This document shows positions 14,611 to 27,105 of a stretch of 54,611 nucleotides of DNA, in pieces. Position numbers and translations under genes: made by a program. The notes beneath the pieces are model-generated. The model did not search any database, was not told where the DNA came from, and saw only the letters and a program-made list of their open reading frames with translations. Source of the DNA: Octopus bimaculoides (taxonomy: Eukaryota); assembly GCF_001194135.2 (NCBI RefSeq), contig NC_068993.1, positions 35,349,319 through 35,403,929 of the forward strand, written 5' to 3'. How positions within the stretch are numbered: position 1 is the stretch's first letter; every line of letters begins with the position of its first letter.

Positions 14611-15855
14611 AATATCGGCCTACAAGCCAGAGTAAACACATGTGAACCAATAAACCCTATTTAAAAGCGACAAACTAAAGTGACAATCAGGCCTAATTGA
14701 ACTTACCAAATAAAATACATTATTGGAATAGAAAATTGAAGTGATGACAACCTAAATCTTGAATTGCATCAAGATCTTTCCTATAGCATCGTCTGTCAAC
14801 CTTCCCTACTTTGAAGCAACTTAGAACGTTTAGATTGACTCAAAAATTGTTTTCCAGGGATCTTCCCACGCATGCTTGTTCCGTTCGTTTTACATGTGTA
14901 AATCTATAAAACAGATCATGGACTACATTTACCAGTGCCATATGTTGAAAATTAGATTTTTTTGTATAATGTGTTTCAACTAACGTCACACTTCCCCTGT
15001 AATGAATTCTATACTTCTAAAGTCTATATTTCTTGCAGTTTCAAAATTCCCCCTACTTGTGTAAGACGTAAAACGTAGGGAATATCAATTTAAAATAGTA
15101 AATTAAAATATAGTGAAGAACAAGTTGAACTTATTAAGTTGGAGCTATTAATATAACTAAGCCCAAAGTTTCCTTCTAAACAACGAATAGAATACATTTA
15201 ATATATATCGAACTGTTAAATATTGTAAAATTACTACAATTACAGCAATGGTTGCTAAAGATACTGCGCTAGATAACACGGAATTAAATTTATGTAGACT
15301 AGAAATAATTTAATGTTATGTTCTACGTTAATTAATTGTTTCCAGAGTAAAATAAAGCTTAATATTTCAAGCTAGACGGATGGATAGCTATATATTGTGA
15401 ATTAGCGTTGCTAAATATAATAACTTGCTACCTGAAAGCGAACAAACATTGATTGTATGATAGGCACTAAATCAAGAAAAGAAATACGACAAAATCCGAA
15501 ATTTATGTTGTTGAAGTTACTTAGAAAAATCGATATGTTGGTAGTTGTACGCTTATAGTCAATGCTATCAATGCTAGAAAGATTATGTTAAAGCAAATAT
15601 AGTTGAGAGACCACAAAAAGGCACAAGTGGAGTCAATTGCTTAAAATGTTTAGCTATTTAAAAAAAAATCCCATGCAAATTCAGATTTTAAAAATGTTCA
15701 AATAGGTTAATAATATGTCATATTAGTTTTCAACACAGATTACAACTCTTGCCATTGCTATTTTAGTTCATGGAACCAGGTTTTTTTTTCGGCTTATATG
15801 TGAACGCTGACCGTGTAATTTATCTTATTTATTCCAGAATTTAGTTTTACCGAAT

Positions 15856-15887
<32 letters not shown>

Positions 15888-17480
15888 TTACATACCAAAT
15901 TCACCTCTCTTTCTCTTCTATCTCTTATCTTCCCGCTTCCTCTCCCTCTCTCTCTCTTCTCTCCCACTCTCTCTTTCCCTCTGTCTGAGCAATGATTTGA
16001 AGATATTCAAAACACAAAACAAGAATTTACAACAATACTCAGTATGTGGAAACGACATGGTAAGATATAAACTACTTATTATATGATTTTATCTGTGTTC
16101 AAATCTCAATAGATTCTTTTTAAGTGAGTCGGGTCTTTTCTCAGAGCTTCTCAGACATATGAGACGGAGAAAACAAATGTTTGTGATATAGTATAACTGA
16201 ATAAAGATAAAGTTGTAGTATAAAAGTAAATGACGTCAAAAATGTATATTTTAATATCTTTCAATATTCGAAATATAAAGCTTTTTCAGAAAAGCATATT
16301 TACATATTTCTTTGAATCCTAACTAGATAACGTTTATAGTTATCTCTTTAGTATTTTGTTATAGGCTGAAAATCGTCTTCGTGTTTGTGGGTACAGACAT
16401 GCAAGAATATAGCTTTTGACCATCTGCCAAATGTCACAAAAATGTCTCTGGCCGATTCAAGGCAATTGTAGAAGACACATGTCCAATATGCTGTGGGAAA
16501 TAAAACTGAAATATAACGCACGACTTCTAAACTATCACAGATAATAGTTTGAAGTCAATTAAACCACATACTTATATCTGTGACCGCAGTGAAGATCATT
16601 TCTAATATGAATACTCGTAAATCTCCTAAACTTATACGTACATGCTATATGACTAAGTTTTCAAATATTATTCTCCAACTGAGAGCTAATGTTTATCCCA
16701 ACTTAAACGTGGATATTCTGTTAGAAGAAACTATTCAGCTGTAGATACCCTGTAGAAAAACTCTCTTGGTGCAAAATGCACTGTTGCTTAAATAGCTTGC
16801 GGGGAGATAAATCCACAAAAGCTCACTGGTTAAACACGACACTAGCACATATTTGGCACTGGTTTTCTATATATCCCTGGCGCGGAGATGAGTCACTGCT
16901 ATCTCTAGCGGTCGAGCGTCTTTCATTGACAAGACCAAGGTAGGTCGAAATCACATTATTTGGTGATTTCGACGCTGGAGTTAGCGGGGATTTACTGCCC
17001 CACTAATAATATAAACAAGATTGCATTTTGCACCAAAAGCCAATATCAGAATTTCTCTCATGTTATCTACTGCAGTATAGATTGTTCTAATATCACATCC
17101 ACGTTTATGTGGGGATAAATATTATTTCACGGTGTTAATACTCCCTCTGTCGCTTATATATGTTCTACAACTATACAAAGTATTTTCTAAAATATCACTA
17201 ACTTAGTCGTTTGCAATTTTCCTATCACAGCTAAAGGTTATCCTTTTTATAGTGAAATAAATATATAAAAATCAAAAAAGATACCGCTATTACTAATATG
17301 CGTTTGTTAAAACCTTTAAAACATTAGATGTATTAAAGTATGCATATTAATGATCTTACATCTGTGCTTCTTTCTCAACTTTCTCTGATATGTCATAAAA
17401 TGAAAACAAGCTTGTGATTTGCTTATAACTTACATACAAAACTGATATTCACCCTAAGCATTCGCATATATATAAGTATA

Positions 17481-17589
<109 letters not shown>

Positions 17590-17989
17590 ATATAGGACAG
17601 TTGTGTTAGAGATTAAAATAACCGTCTAAGGGATAGAAGTATCCATTACACTCCTGGTAAATTACCTATATTTAACTATGGGCATTCATATGCATACATA
17701 CATATATAGATACATACATTCATACATACGTACGTGCATACATACATACGTACATACATACATACGTACATACATACATATACATATGACGGGCTTCACA
17801 CAATTTCTGTCGATAAATCAACAGTAAGGAGGCATTTGATTTTCCAAAGTTAAAAGTCTAAAATTAATAGCATTTGACCATCGTGTTATGCAGTACTTTA
17901 AACACGGAGTTGCAGAGCGGATTCTTAAACTGCATACCTATCTCTTCAACTGTGCTGTTTACATTTATAGAATCACAGGCAGACAAGAA

Positions 17990-18010
17990 AACAGACAGAC
18001 AGACATGCAC

Positions 18011-18082
<72 letters not shown>

Positions 18083-18090
18083 GTAGATAG
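17990..18090. repeat. (AGAC)n(AGAT)n tetranucleotide microsatellite
   Basis: Direct reading. Confidence 0.95.
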
Positions 18091-18636
18091 ATCTTTATTT
18101 ACTATATAACATTTATGTGATAATTTACAACTCAGTCGAAGATAAAGTAGGAGATCTTTTGATTTGGCAAGATTCCACATTAGATTGCGATGTTTCATTG
18201 ATTCTTATTGCTTCTTTAATCTTTCCGTTATTTAACACAGTCTTGATAATCTCTTGGCAACTTCAACTTTATTCTATCGGATTACTGGGCTATCAACACA
18301 AACGATAAATACATTTAACTCGACGCATTTCATTCATCTTAAACATTTGACCCAAAACAATGCATTTTCTATACTTTGTATAAACAGCATCATCATTTTC
18401 ACCGAAGGTGAGTATTTTCTAACCCTTCTTTCCCTCTAGTTTTCAAAATCAAGTTGTCGCAGGAATGACCATGTAACGGTTAACCTCTTGTCCTCCGAAT
18501 TTCCCCTCTACCGTCTCTACATCTTAAAACATCATTCCTCAACGTGTTCAGAGGGAATACTTCTCTTCTATTTTCTGATGAGAATCTGCCTTGACGTATG
18601 AAAAAATGAAAAGCAGTTTAAATAGAAAGTGGTTTC

Positions 18637-18800
18637 GAATTTTGGCACAAGGCCAGCAATCACAGTGCTTTAACTGGGACTTAATTTATCGACCTCGACA
18701 AGATGGACGGTAAAGATGACGTCAGCGGAATTCGAAATCAGAATATGAAAACAGCCAAAATTCTACAAAGAATTCCGCCCGGCGTGGTAACGATTCTAAA
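18637..18800 (-). mobile_element. Old CORE-type SINE
   Basis: TTTTGGCACAAGGCCAGCAAT...TTAATTTATCGACCTCG...CCCGGCGTGGTAACGATTCT; reverse complement of the family. Confidence 0.7.
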
Positions 18801-19067
18801 TTTAAATAAATAATACGCTCTACAAATAGTTTTGGGTACTCTCTGCACACAATACACACGCATACACACACATACACGCACGGTTGCGCACACATACACA
18901 CACAAACAAATATGCACATAAATGCAAAAGTTATAAGATATATACAAATATGTATTTAGACGTCTACATGCAAACATTATTCGATATAGAACTAAATTCA
19001 CCGGGTGTGATACATTCATTTATACATTTATACATGTGTACATGTGTTCATCTATGTATGCATGTAA

Positions 19068-19069
<2 letters not shown>

Positions 19070-19110
<41 letters not shown>

Positions 19111-19225
19111 GACAGAGAGAGAGAGAGAGAGAAAGAGAAAGAGAGAGAGAGACAGAGGGAGAGAAAGAGGGAGAGAGAAAGAAAGAGAGAGAGAAAGAAA
19201 GAGAGAGAGAAAGAAAGAGAGAGAC
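19070..19225. repeat. (TA)n followed by (GA)-rich tract
   Basis: Direct reading. Confidence 0.95.
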
Positions 19226-19698
19226 CAAAGTGTATGTACGCCGCTATATGTATATAAAAAAGAATACAAAAAATGGGACAAGAACTCAACAGGCGACAAG
19301 ACATCCAGACAGTTAGAGGATACAAAGCGGGACAAGAAAACAACAAGGCCGGGTCATTTGCAGTTTTCATTCGTCAGTCGAGTTTCAGATTATCTTTGCA
19401 GTTTCTTATAGCCACGAACATAGCACTAGTCTACGTACTAAGAGGGGAGTTAACCGCCTCATTGCGAGCGAAAGTACTATATGGCAAGCCAATTTCGCTT
19501 GAAATTAAAGCTCATCAGTAGTAGTACTCAATCGTTTATAGTTAATTCAAACCCTACGTGTCAGTACATAGATTTTACTATGAGAATCAATGGCTGACTC
19601 GGCAAAATGGTGATGGGAAGTTTATGAAATAATAAAAGTGATTACACGCAATATAATATCAAAAAGTAAAAATTCATTTGTCACTAATAGTGACTGAT

Positions 19699-19906
19699 GG
19701 TGCGCTGTCGCACTTACATTGCTAGAAATAAGAATCAAAGACCTGTATAGCGACAAGCATAGTACAAGTCTAATGTGAAAATTATAAAATAATGTTCCCT
19801 CCCTATAGGGTGATTAATTCCCCTGTCAATACATAGACTTGTGCTATGTTGTGGCTATATGGGTCTCGGACTCTTATTTCTAGCAATGTAGGTGCTACAA
19901 TGCACC
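19699..19906. mobile_element. MITE / foldback element with ~73-bp inverted arms
   Basis: The left arm 19699-19772 (GGTGCGCTGTCGCACTTACATTGCTAGAAATAAGAATC...TACAAGTCTA) matches the reverse complement of 19834-19906 at roughly 80%, including a perfect TACATTGCTAGAAATAAGA core. Confidence 0.8.
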
Positions 19907-20531
19907 CTAAGGCACTAGTAGGTGTCACACAGTGTGGCTGGGAAGCAAGCTCCTTACCTCACAGCCACGTTTGTAATATTTCTTGTTTTCTCAGATCAAC
20001 ACCAACAAATTAGATGGTAGCAGCAGTAATATTCCAACACACTATTCCACTATATTATTTATCATTTGTTTGTTTCAAGTACAGTGTATCTAGGGCCCAT
20101 ATCTTTTCATCTATTCTTTCTTATTACATATGAGAACGTGGCTGTTCTTATTGCTACTAGACTGAGTGACTGCACAGACGCTCATTTTCTCATATCTTGT
20201 TTTGATTGGCCAAATCAAATCTGAATTCTGACTTAATGTTCTTAGTCAATATGTCCACAGAAACATATAGAGGAGTACAGTTACACAGATCAGACATAAA
20301 TGCTAGAATTCTTTATAAGAAACACAGACAAAATATTTTCTGTTAATTGCTATATTCGCGTTAACAGAGACAAATAATTCAAGCGATCAATAGGCGATTA
20401 AATCTACTACGCTTTTATTGATACTTATGCGAGATATTATAGAGGGATGAAACGCCAGCGACACTTTGGAACACCACAGTATAATTTGATTGGCGCTCTA
20501 ATGAGGTTAAACATCCTATAATAATTATTTA

Positions 20532-20630
20532 TTACGTCGACCCCAGCGCTTCACTGGTACCTCAATTTATATACCCCGAAATTATAAAAGGCAAAGCGGA
20601 GTTTGAGCTCGCAACATAAATCCGGAAGAG
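20532..20630 (-). mobile_element. CORE-type SINE fragment
   Basis: TACGTCGACCCCAGCGCTTCACTGGTACCTCAATTTATATACCCCGAAA...AAGGCAAAG. Confidence 0.55.
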
Positions 20631-20680
20631 ATGCAGGTAAACATTTTATCCAGTGCGATAATGATCTTGCAAACTCGAAT

Positions 20681-20744
20681 TAATAATAATGAGAAGAAGA
20701 AGAAGAAGAAGAAGAAGAAGAAGAAGAAGAAGAAGAAGAAGAAG

Positions 20745-20794
<50 letters not shown>
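20681..20794 (+). repeat. Compound trinucleotide microsatellite (TAA)n(GAA)n(CAA)n
   Basis: Direct reading of the sequence. Confidence 0.95.
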
Positions 20795-23079
20795 ACTTAC
20801 GAGCAGAATAACAACATGCCACAACAGTCTCTCAGCGCAAAACAGATTTAATCTAACAAAACCGGTAGAATGTGAAAAGAAATTAGCAAGAAACTTGAAG
20901 GTGAGGGGTTCTTTTTTTAACGAAAATGACCATTAAATAGGAAAAAAAAACGAAATTTCATTGCCATACAAAACATAGCTTCTCCGATGCATGATATCTC
21001 AATGAAACATGCGAAGAAAACAAAATCAATATTGGGAATTTTATGAAATATTAAATTTAAAGATATAAAATTTATACAATTAAGTGGAAGAACACAGTAA
21101 GTACATAAATTGATTAATTACGCATACATTTGAATGATTATACAATCATGCTTACATTTTAATAGCCATAAGGTTACATATACAAACCAATATTTACACA
21201 CCTACGTACATATTACACGATACACATACACCCACACATGAAAACACGTATCACAGACGAAGCAAAGCAAAACCGAAGCAATGTTCTTCAAACGAAAACA
21301 GGAAAAAAAAAGCGAATAACCTCTCACTTTAAAATACGATAAAGGAATTATGCCCGAAAATAAATCTAGCAACAAAAAAGAAAATAGAGGCAAATTTTAC
21401 ACTGTGACTCTCGTGAAATTTCGATTCGAGAAACGTTTTCATTCGAAAAACTCAGTGAGGTTGTCTCAAAATGTTAACACTAAACAGAGAGAGTTGTCTC
21501 TTAATGTCAGCGTCCAAGCTCTTCATGTCTCAATGACGTCAAATCAAAATTCAAACCAGATTTCTCGTCACCCGTATCAACATGGGCCGCACCACCCATT
21601 GAGGAACCAGACTAGGGACTAAAAATCAGCTACTAGCTCAAACAACGTCCCGAAAGTGAAGAGATGGAAGTGCCCCCAAGAATATCCCAAAAGATGGTCA
21701 TCGAATCTCTTCATTAAATAATAAAAAAAGAATGAAACAATGTTACAAGGAAGATAGTAAAGCAGTTCTTAAAGCTTTCTATCATGCTATGTATTTTCCC
21801 ACAAATAAATTCTATACTGTAAAATGTACCCAAATTTGAGACAGTTGCATCCTGAAATAAGATCCTACATAGATAGCAACAAGCTTACCAACGTCAGAAG
21901 GACCATTATAAAATGAAATTACTGACTGACTTCGAGATTGATCAGATTAGATAATCAGTAAAGTGTAAAAGGAATGAAGATGAAACACAAGAAGATACTA
22001 ATAAAGAAATAATTACAGACCTACCAATGTCTGATGAAAATGCAAAAATGATAAGCACAGTGTAATACTTTCTGAACCAACCATAAATATCAAAGAAGAT
22101 GAAAATCAAATAAATGCTGAAAGTCAAATAGAAATCGTCTCAACCGAACTAACCGATGTAAAAAAATATCAAAACATGATGGATTAGTTGAAAGTTAAGA
22201 AAACATGTATGGATGAAGGGGACACACTTCCCACAACTTGAAAGTATCAGGTAGAATCCCCATTGCTCTTAAAGGTATAATTTCACCTACTGATGCTCAT
22301 ATTCCAGAACTCAACCACCTTTATTATACATCTATTAAGATCTCAACAAGTGAAGAATATTAAGAAATATTAAGAAATGAAAGCATTCCCACAAAAAAAG
22401 CCTATTTAGCAAAAACGAATTCATGAACAAATTCACTAACACAGATCTGACATGGAATGTTTAAAAACTTTATGCCTGACAAGGATATCCAACCAACTAA
22501 ATTGGAAATAGCAGGTCACGAAAAGCGTGCTAGGTTTTTCAAGAACATGTTTAAAAATAATTTTTAAAATGTTTACAGGAAAATAGGTAAAATATTATTT
22601 ACCGTAAAATATGTTCCATCAAGAGAACAGATGCAGGAATTTTGAACAAAAGAAAACCAGCTGAATAAAAATGCTTCTTGGATTGATAGATTATCTACTC
22701 ATTCATCTCAACTAAAAGAACAAAATTGGGAGGGCATCGGGGTAGCGGACGTAGGATATGCTCTCAGAAAATGAAGCAAATGGCAGTCTCCAGGAAAGGA
22801 TAAACTTCCTAACTTTTGGTTCACTAGACTCAAGAACAATATTTAGCAGCAACCTATAAGATACCTACTTGGCGTTACACTTTTACTTCCAAAGAAACGG
22901 ACCGAAAACTATAGAACTATAATCTGTTTAACAACCATGTATAAGATATTGACATCTGTCTTGACCGAATGCACTTATAAATTCTTAATAGAAGAGGACA
23001 TTTTCGCTAATAAGCAAGAAGGCTGTAAATGTGGGTCCTATATTACAAAGATCAACTGTTCATCAATAAGAATTTTTTG

Positions 23080-23148
23080 GAAGATTGTTCCAAAGAGCAC
23101 AAGAAGATTGTCACAAAGAGCACAAGAAGATTGTCGCAAAGAGCACAA
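23080..23148 (+). repeat. 3 x 23-bp tandem repeat inside the Dong RT
   Basis: GAAGATTGTTCCAAAGAGCACAA / GAAGATTGTCACAAAGAGCACAA / GAAGATTGTCGCAAAGAGCACAA. Confidence 0.95.
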
Positions 23149-23929
23149 GAACTAGGCTGGACTATAAAAAGGCTTTTCTCAGTCTACCACATAGCTGGAT
23201 TTAGAAATGTTTGGAAACTTATAAAATAGCACCGACTTTACGAAACTTCTTGCCTGTAAGTATGAAATTAAGGAAAACTACACTGATTTTGAATAGAGAA
23301 AATGAATCTTTGAATAACAGTGACGCTAAAATTTCCTGTCACATTTTCCAGGATGACTCTCTGTTACCGCTCATCTTTTCCTAGCTCTGATACTTCTTTC
23401 GAAATTGCTCAATGGAGCACAATGTGGCTATATGATTTCTGATAAGACTGTAAAACATCCTTTTTAAATGGATGATCTAAAACTTCTTGCAAAAAAAATG
23501 ACCAGCAACGACAAGTTAATTATAAGTTGTAAAACAGTTTAGTGATGACCTCAGGATAGAACTTGGCCTCGATAAATGCATCAGAGGGAAACAGATAGAA
23601 ACATTTAACGTTGAACTTGACCAGTAGGCTTATGAAGGAGTTAAAACGAGAGGAGGATTGCAAGTATTTAGGGGTATATGTAGGTGATGGAATCAAACAT
23701 TCAACAATGACGGAAGAGTTCAGAAAAAAATGTTATCACAGAATAAGAGCTAAACGCAAGAAACAGGATCGAAGCAATTAATACTTTAGTCAAACTGGTC
23801 GTGACTTACATTTTCAATACTATTAACTGGTCAAATACTGACATTCTCAAGTTTAAAAAAAAGACAAAGTCCGAAAATTGTTGACAATGAATAGAATGCG
23901 CCACTCTATTGCGGATATAGAACTACTTT

Positions 23930-24066
23930 AGAAAAGAGGATAGTTGTGGACTCTTACAACGACAAGAAAAGAGGGTAATTGTGGACTCTTACAACGACAA
24001 GACAAAAGGAGGGTAATTGTGGATTCTTACAACAAGAAAAGAGAGTAATTGTGAACTCTTACAACG
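23930..24066 (+). repeat. 4 x ~35-bp tandem repeat inside the Dong ORF
   Basis: Unit about AGAAAAGAGGGTAATTGTGGACTCTTACAACGACA, starting at 23930, 23965, 24000 and 24035. Confidence 0.92.
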
Positions 24067-24559
24067 TGAACTGTCACTGAAAATTGTCACAATTGTCCTA
24101 AACATTTATCTGAAAAGTTCTAAAAACTGGATGCTCAAACTTGTCTTCAAGCACAAAAACAAGACAATCTCATAAAAGGCAAGGCAATGTCAATGTGAAT
24201 TCCAAGTACTGCAAATTCCAGATTTCGATGAACTTGGAACAAACACAGGACAGACAAAACGTATGAAACCCCTTGCTATAAAGACTGCCTTAAATACTCA
24301 CACTGATAAATGGTAAGAAAAATATAAGGTGGGAATGTCTTAAAGGGCTAACAGTTGTGTCTCATGTAGTTCTTAAAAATAAATTTCAGATTATGTTTAT
24401 AGATCACATACAGCTCGACGCAATTATTAAGGATTTTTTCTTATCTGTAAAAAGGATTTCCAGATTTTGCAGAGGCAGAGCTTGCAAACATGTGCATACA
24501 ACATGCATACATACATACATATATACGTACGTACGTGTAGGCATGTGAACACATTAGTA

Positions 24560-24790
24560 TAAAGCAAGGTGGTAAAACATAATACTCGAAGATCAATAGT
24601 AAGTTAAAATACTATTTTATTGAAGCCAAAAAGAACATCAGAAACTGTAACTCAGAGGTTCAGGAAACAGTTTATCAGATAGTTTTGTTAATACCGACTG
24701 ATAATACCCATTATCAAAACTGTTTAATACGCTGGTACCTGAAGCTCACTAATAGTTTCTGCAGATATTTTTCGGCTTCAAGAAAATAAT
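24560..24790. mobile_element. Imperfect palindromic element with hammerhead-like relics (Penelope-like terminal repeat)
   Basis: Inverted arms 24615-~24668 and ~24725-24786 (TTTTATTGAAGCCAAAAAG.. vs reverse complement TTTTCTTGAAGCCGAAAAA..). Minus strand 24686->24642 reads AAAACTAT-CTGATAA-ACTGTTTCCT-GAAC-CTCTGAGT-T-ACAGTTT. Confidence 0.5.
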
Positions 24791-25183
24791 GCGTGGGGAG
24801 GGGTGACTGTGTATGTTTGTGCGTGTATAATACGGAAATATCATTTCATTTATATTATCGTATACAATGTAATATAAATTTGAAAAAATGGATCTGAACT
24901 TTGTTTTTCAAGGTATAAATAAGCTAAATATATAATAATACTATAGCACTCGTATTGACTATACGACTTTATTTGTTTTGTTACTTGCTGTATTTTCTGA
25001 TGTTATATTAATCAGTTACGGTGTTATACATATATTATTTTCAACAAGCAGATTTTAAAATATTATTTTCTAATGCTAACTAAGAAAAATGAATTGCAAG
25101 GCATCGTCAAAGACGAGACATTGCAGAAGCTGTCGCTAGATTTTTTGCTGATTATAGGATTCTACGTCTTTTAATCCTTCTAT

Positions 25184-25232
<49 letters not shown>

Positions 25233-26665
25233 NNNNNNNNNNNNNNNNNNNNNNNNNNNNNNNNNNNNNNNNNNNNNNNNNNNNNNNACACACACACACA
25301 TATATATATACATATATAATCTTTGTCAAATGTAATTGACATCCCATTAAGGAAGAAAAAGTATTAATGATAGTGTAATTCTTAACTGAAATGAACATCG
25401 TTTGGAAATATGACAGTTTATATATCATGCATTATAGGCAATCATGTTACTTTGACTACTTTGAGTTGTAATTTATCTCACTATCATGTCTCCATGATAA
25501 CGTTTTCTTAAGTAAAACTATCTCACTTTAATAATAAGATAGAGCACATTTTCTATATTGTTCTTTTTTTTTTTGTGCCATATATTCCAATAAACCCTGA
25601 AAAGTCTGACACTAAATATGGCCAATGCTTTTAACGTTTTTCAATAAATCTGAAATGTCCGTTAAGCGACATCTATTTCCATACTGCAAAATTATGAAGT
25701 ATTTTATGAATAATTCTAAAAAATATCATAACAATCCAATGAAAATGTTTATTAAAGATAAAATCACAGATAAACGTAGCAACAATTTGATAAACGTAAA
25801 AGATATTTGCAAACATTTAAACATAAACACTATTTTACATAGACACTGATATACACATGCTAATGCGCATTGTTATACTCAAGAAAAATACATCAATTTA
25901 AGCAATTTGTGTACACATAATGGAAAACTTACATGGATCTCCGCGTATTGTAAAGCGCTTTGTCACTTCCTGTATTTATGTTATATAAAATGTTTGCATA
26001 TATCTATCAATGAATATGGATGTGAGTGTGTAAGTGTGTGAGTGTGTAAGTGTGTGTAAAATGAATTTAAACTTGACTGTAAAAAGAGAAAATAAGAAGA
26101 AAACAGTTCTGTCATTGGATAACTGCATTCTTAATGGTGAAGATAATAACATCAATATTGACTTCAGTCTGTAACTGAAACTACTTTAGCTTTCTGACAA
26201 TTGTTTATACACAAATAATCCTCTTATTTATTATTGCTTGATGTCTGGAGTGATAGGCAATGGTACAGGAAAGATTACTGTCTGACATGGACTTTCAAAA
26301 GAACATCATTGCTCATCTGTTTAGACGTTATTTTAATTTCAGACATTTTTGTTGTCATCACATCACATCCAGTATCTCCCTCTACCATTGTTAAGAGTGA
26401 ATCAAATAGAGAAATGATAAAAAAATTGTACACTTTTCTGTTCTTTTACATTTCTCCAAGAATAACTTTTTAAACCTGGAACGAACAATAGAATACACTG
26501 GACTATGTCAGATTCATTCAGCATATACATACATACGGTGTAGCCCCAGCATGACGGCAGCTTTGAAGCTAAAACATTTTAAAGAATTTTAAAGAATTAT
26601 GCGTACATACATACATATATATTTAGAATGGGAGTTAATTCATTTTAATTCTTCAGTTCTTCATG

Positions 26666-26703
<38 letters not shown>

Positions 26704-27021
26704 CCAGTGGGACTGAGGAAGGCAAGTATCTACAAACCGAAAACCTGGTCCAAAGCCTTGAAAAAGTAGGGACTCCCTTGAAGACATCTAGGGCGTCAGG
26801 TTGTAGTGTTGAATTGAGCAACGGGCTAAATCTGCTGTGTAAATAGAGATAGTAACTATACAAATTCGGAGAAGAAACACCGTCTTAAATTCTCCTTACT
26901 GTCTCAGAAACTAAACACCTACGCCGAAGCGACTTCTACATAAGTCGAATTCATTGGACAATCATATTCAATTCAGATAGAAAATTAAGGAATTGATATA
27001 GCCTAGAGTGATACAGTTATT

Positions 27022-27105
27022 CTTGTTATTTTTAGTGTGTGGTTTCAGTCACTTTGTTTACAACTTGTTATTTTTAGTGTGTGGTTTCAGTCACTTTGTT
27101 TACAA
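27022..27105 (+). repeat. Perfect 2 x 42-bp tandem duplication
   Basis: CTTGTTATTTTTAGTGTGTGGTTTCAGTCACTTTGTTTACAA at 27022-27063 and 27064-27105. Confidence 0.95.

Larger units (their letters stand above)
21533..24352 (+). mobile_element. Decayed R4/Dong-clade non-LTR retrotransposon; retains N-terminal and RT regions, lacks 3' endonuclease end
   Basis: Broken frames give: KAVLKAFYHAMYFP...EIRSYIDSNKLTNVRRTII (N-terminal region); WQSPGKDKLPNFWF (22781); DYKKAFLSLPHSWI (23160); HIFQDDSLLPLIF (23340); F*MDDLKLLAK (YMDD with stop at 23465); KYLGV (23662). Many stops and frameshifts. Confidence 0.88.

Noticed and set aside
20631-20936. Poly-K/poly-N ORF as a low-complexity protein
   Set aside because: It is a compound (GAA)n(CAA)n microsatellite; both strands are open only because the repeats lack stops.
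23930-24066. CRISPR-like array (35-bp repeats)
   Set aside because: The units are directly adjacent without unique spacers, derive from LINE coding sequence, and the DNA is eukaryotic.
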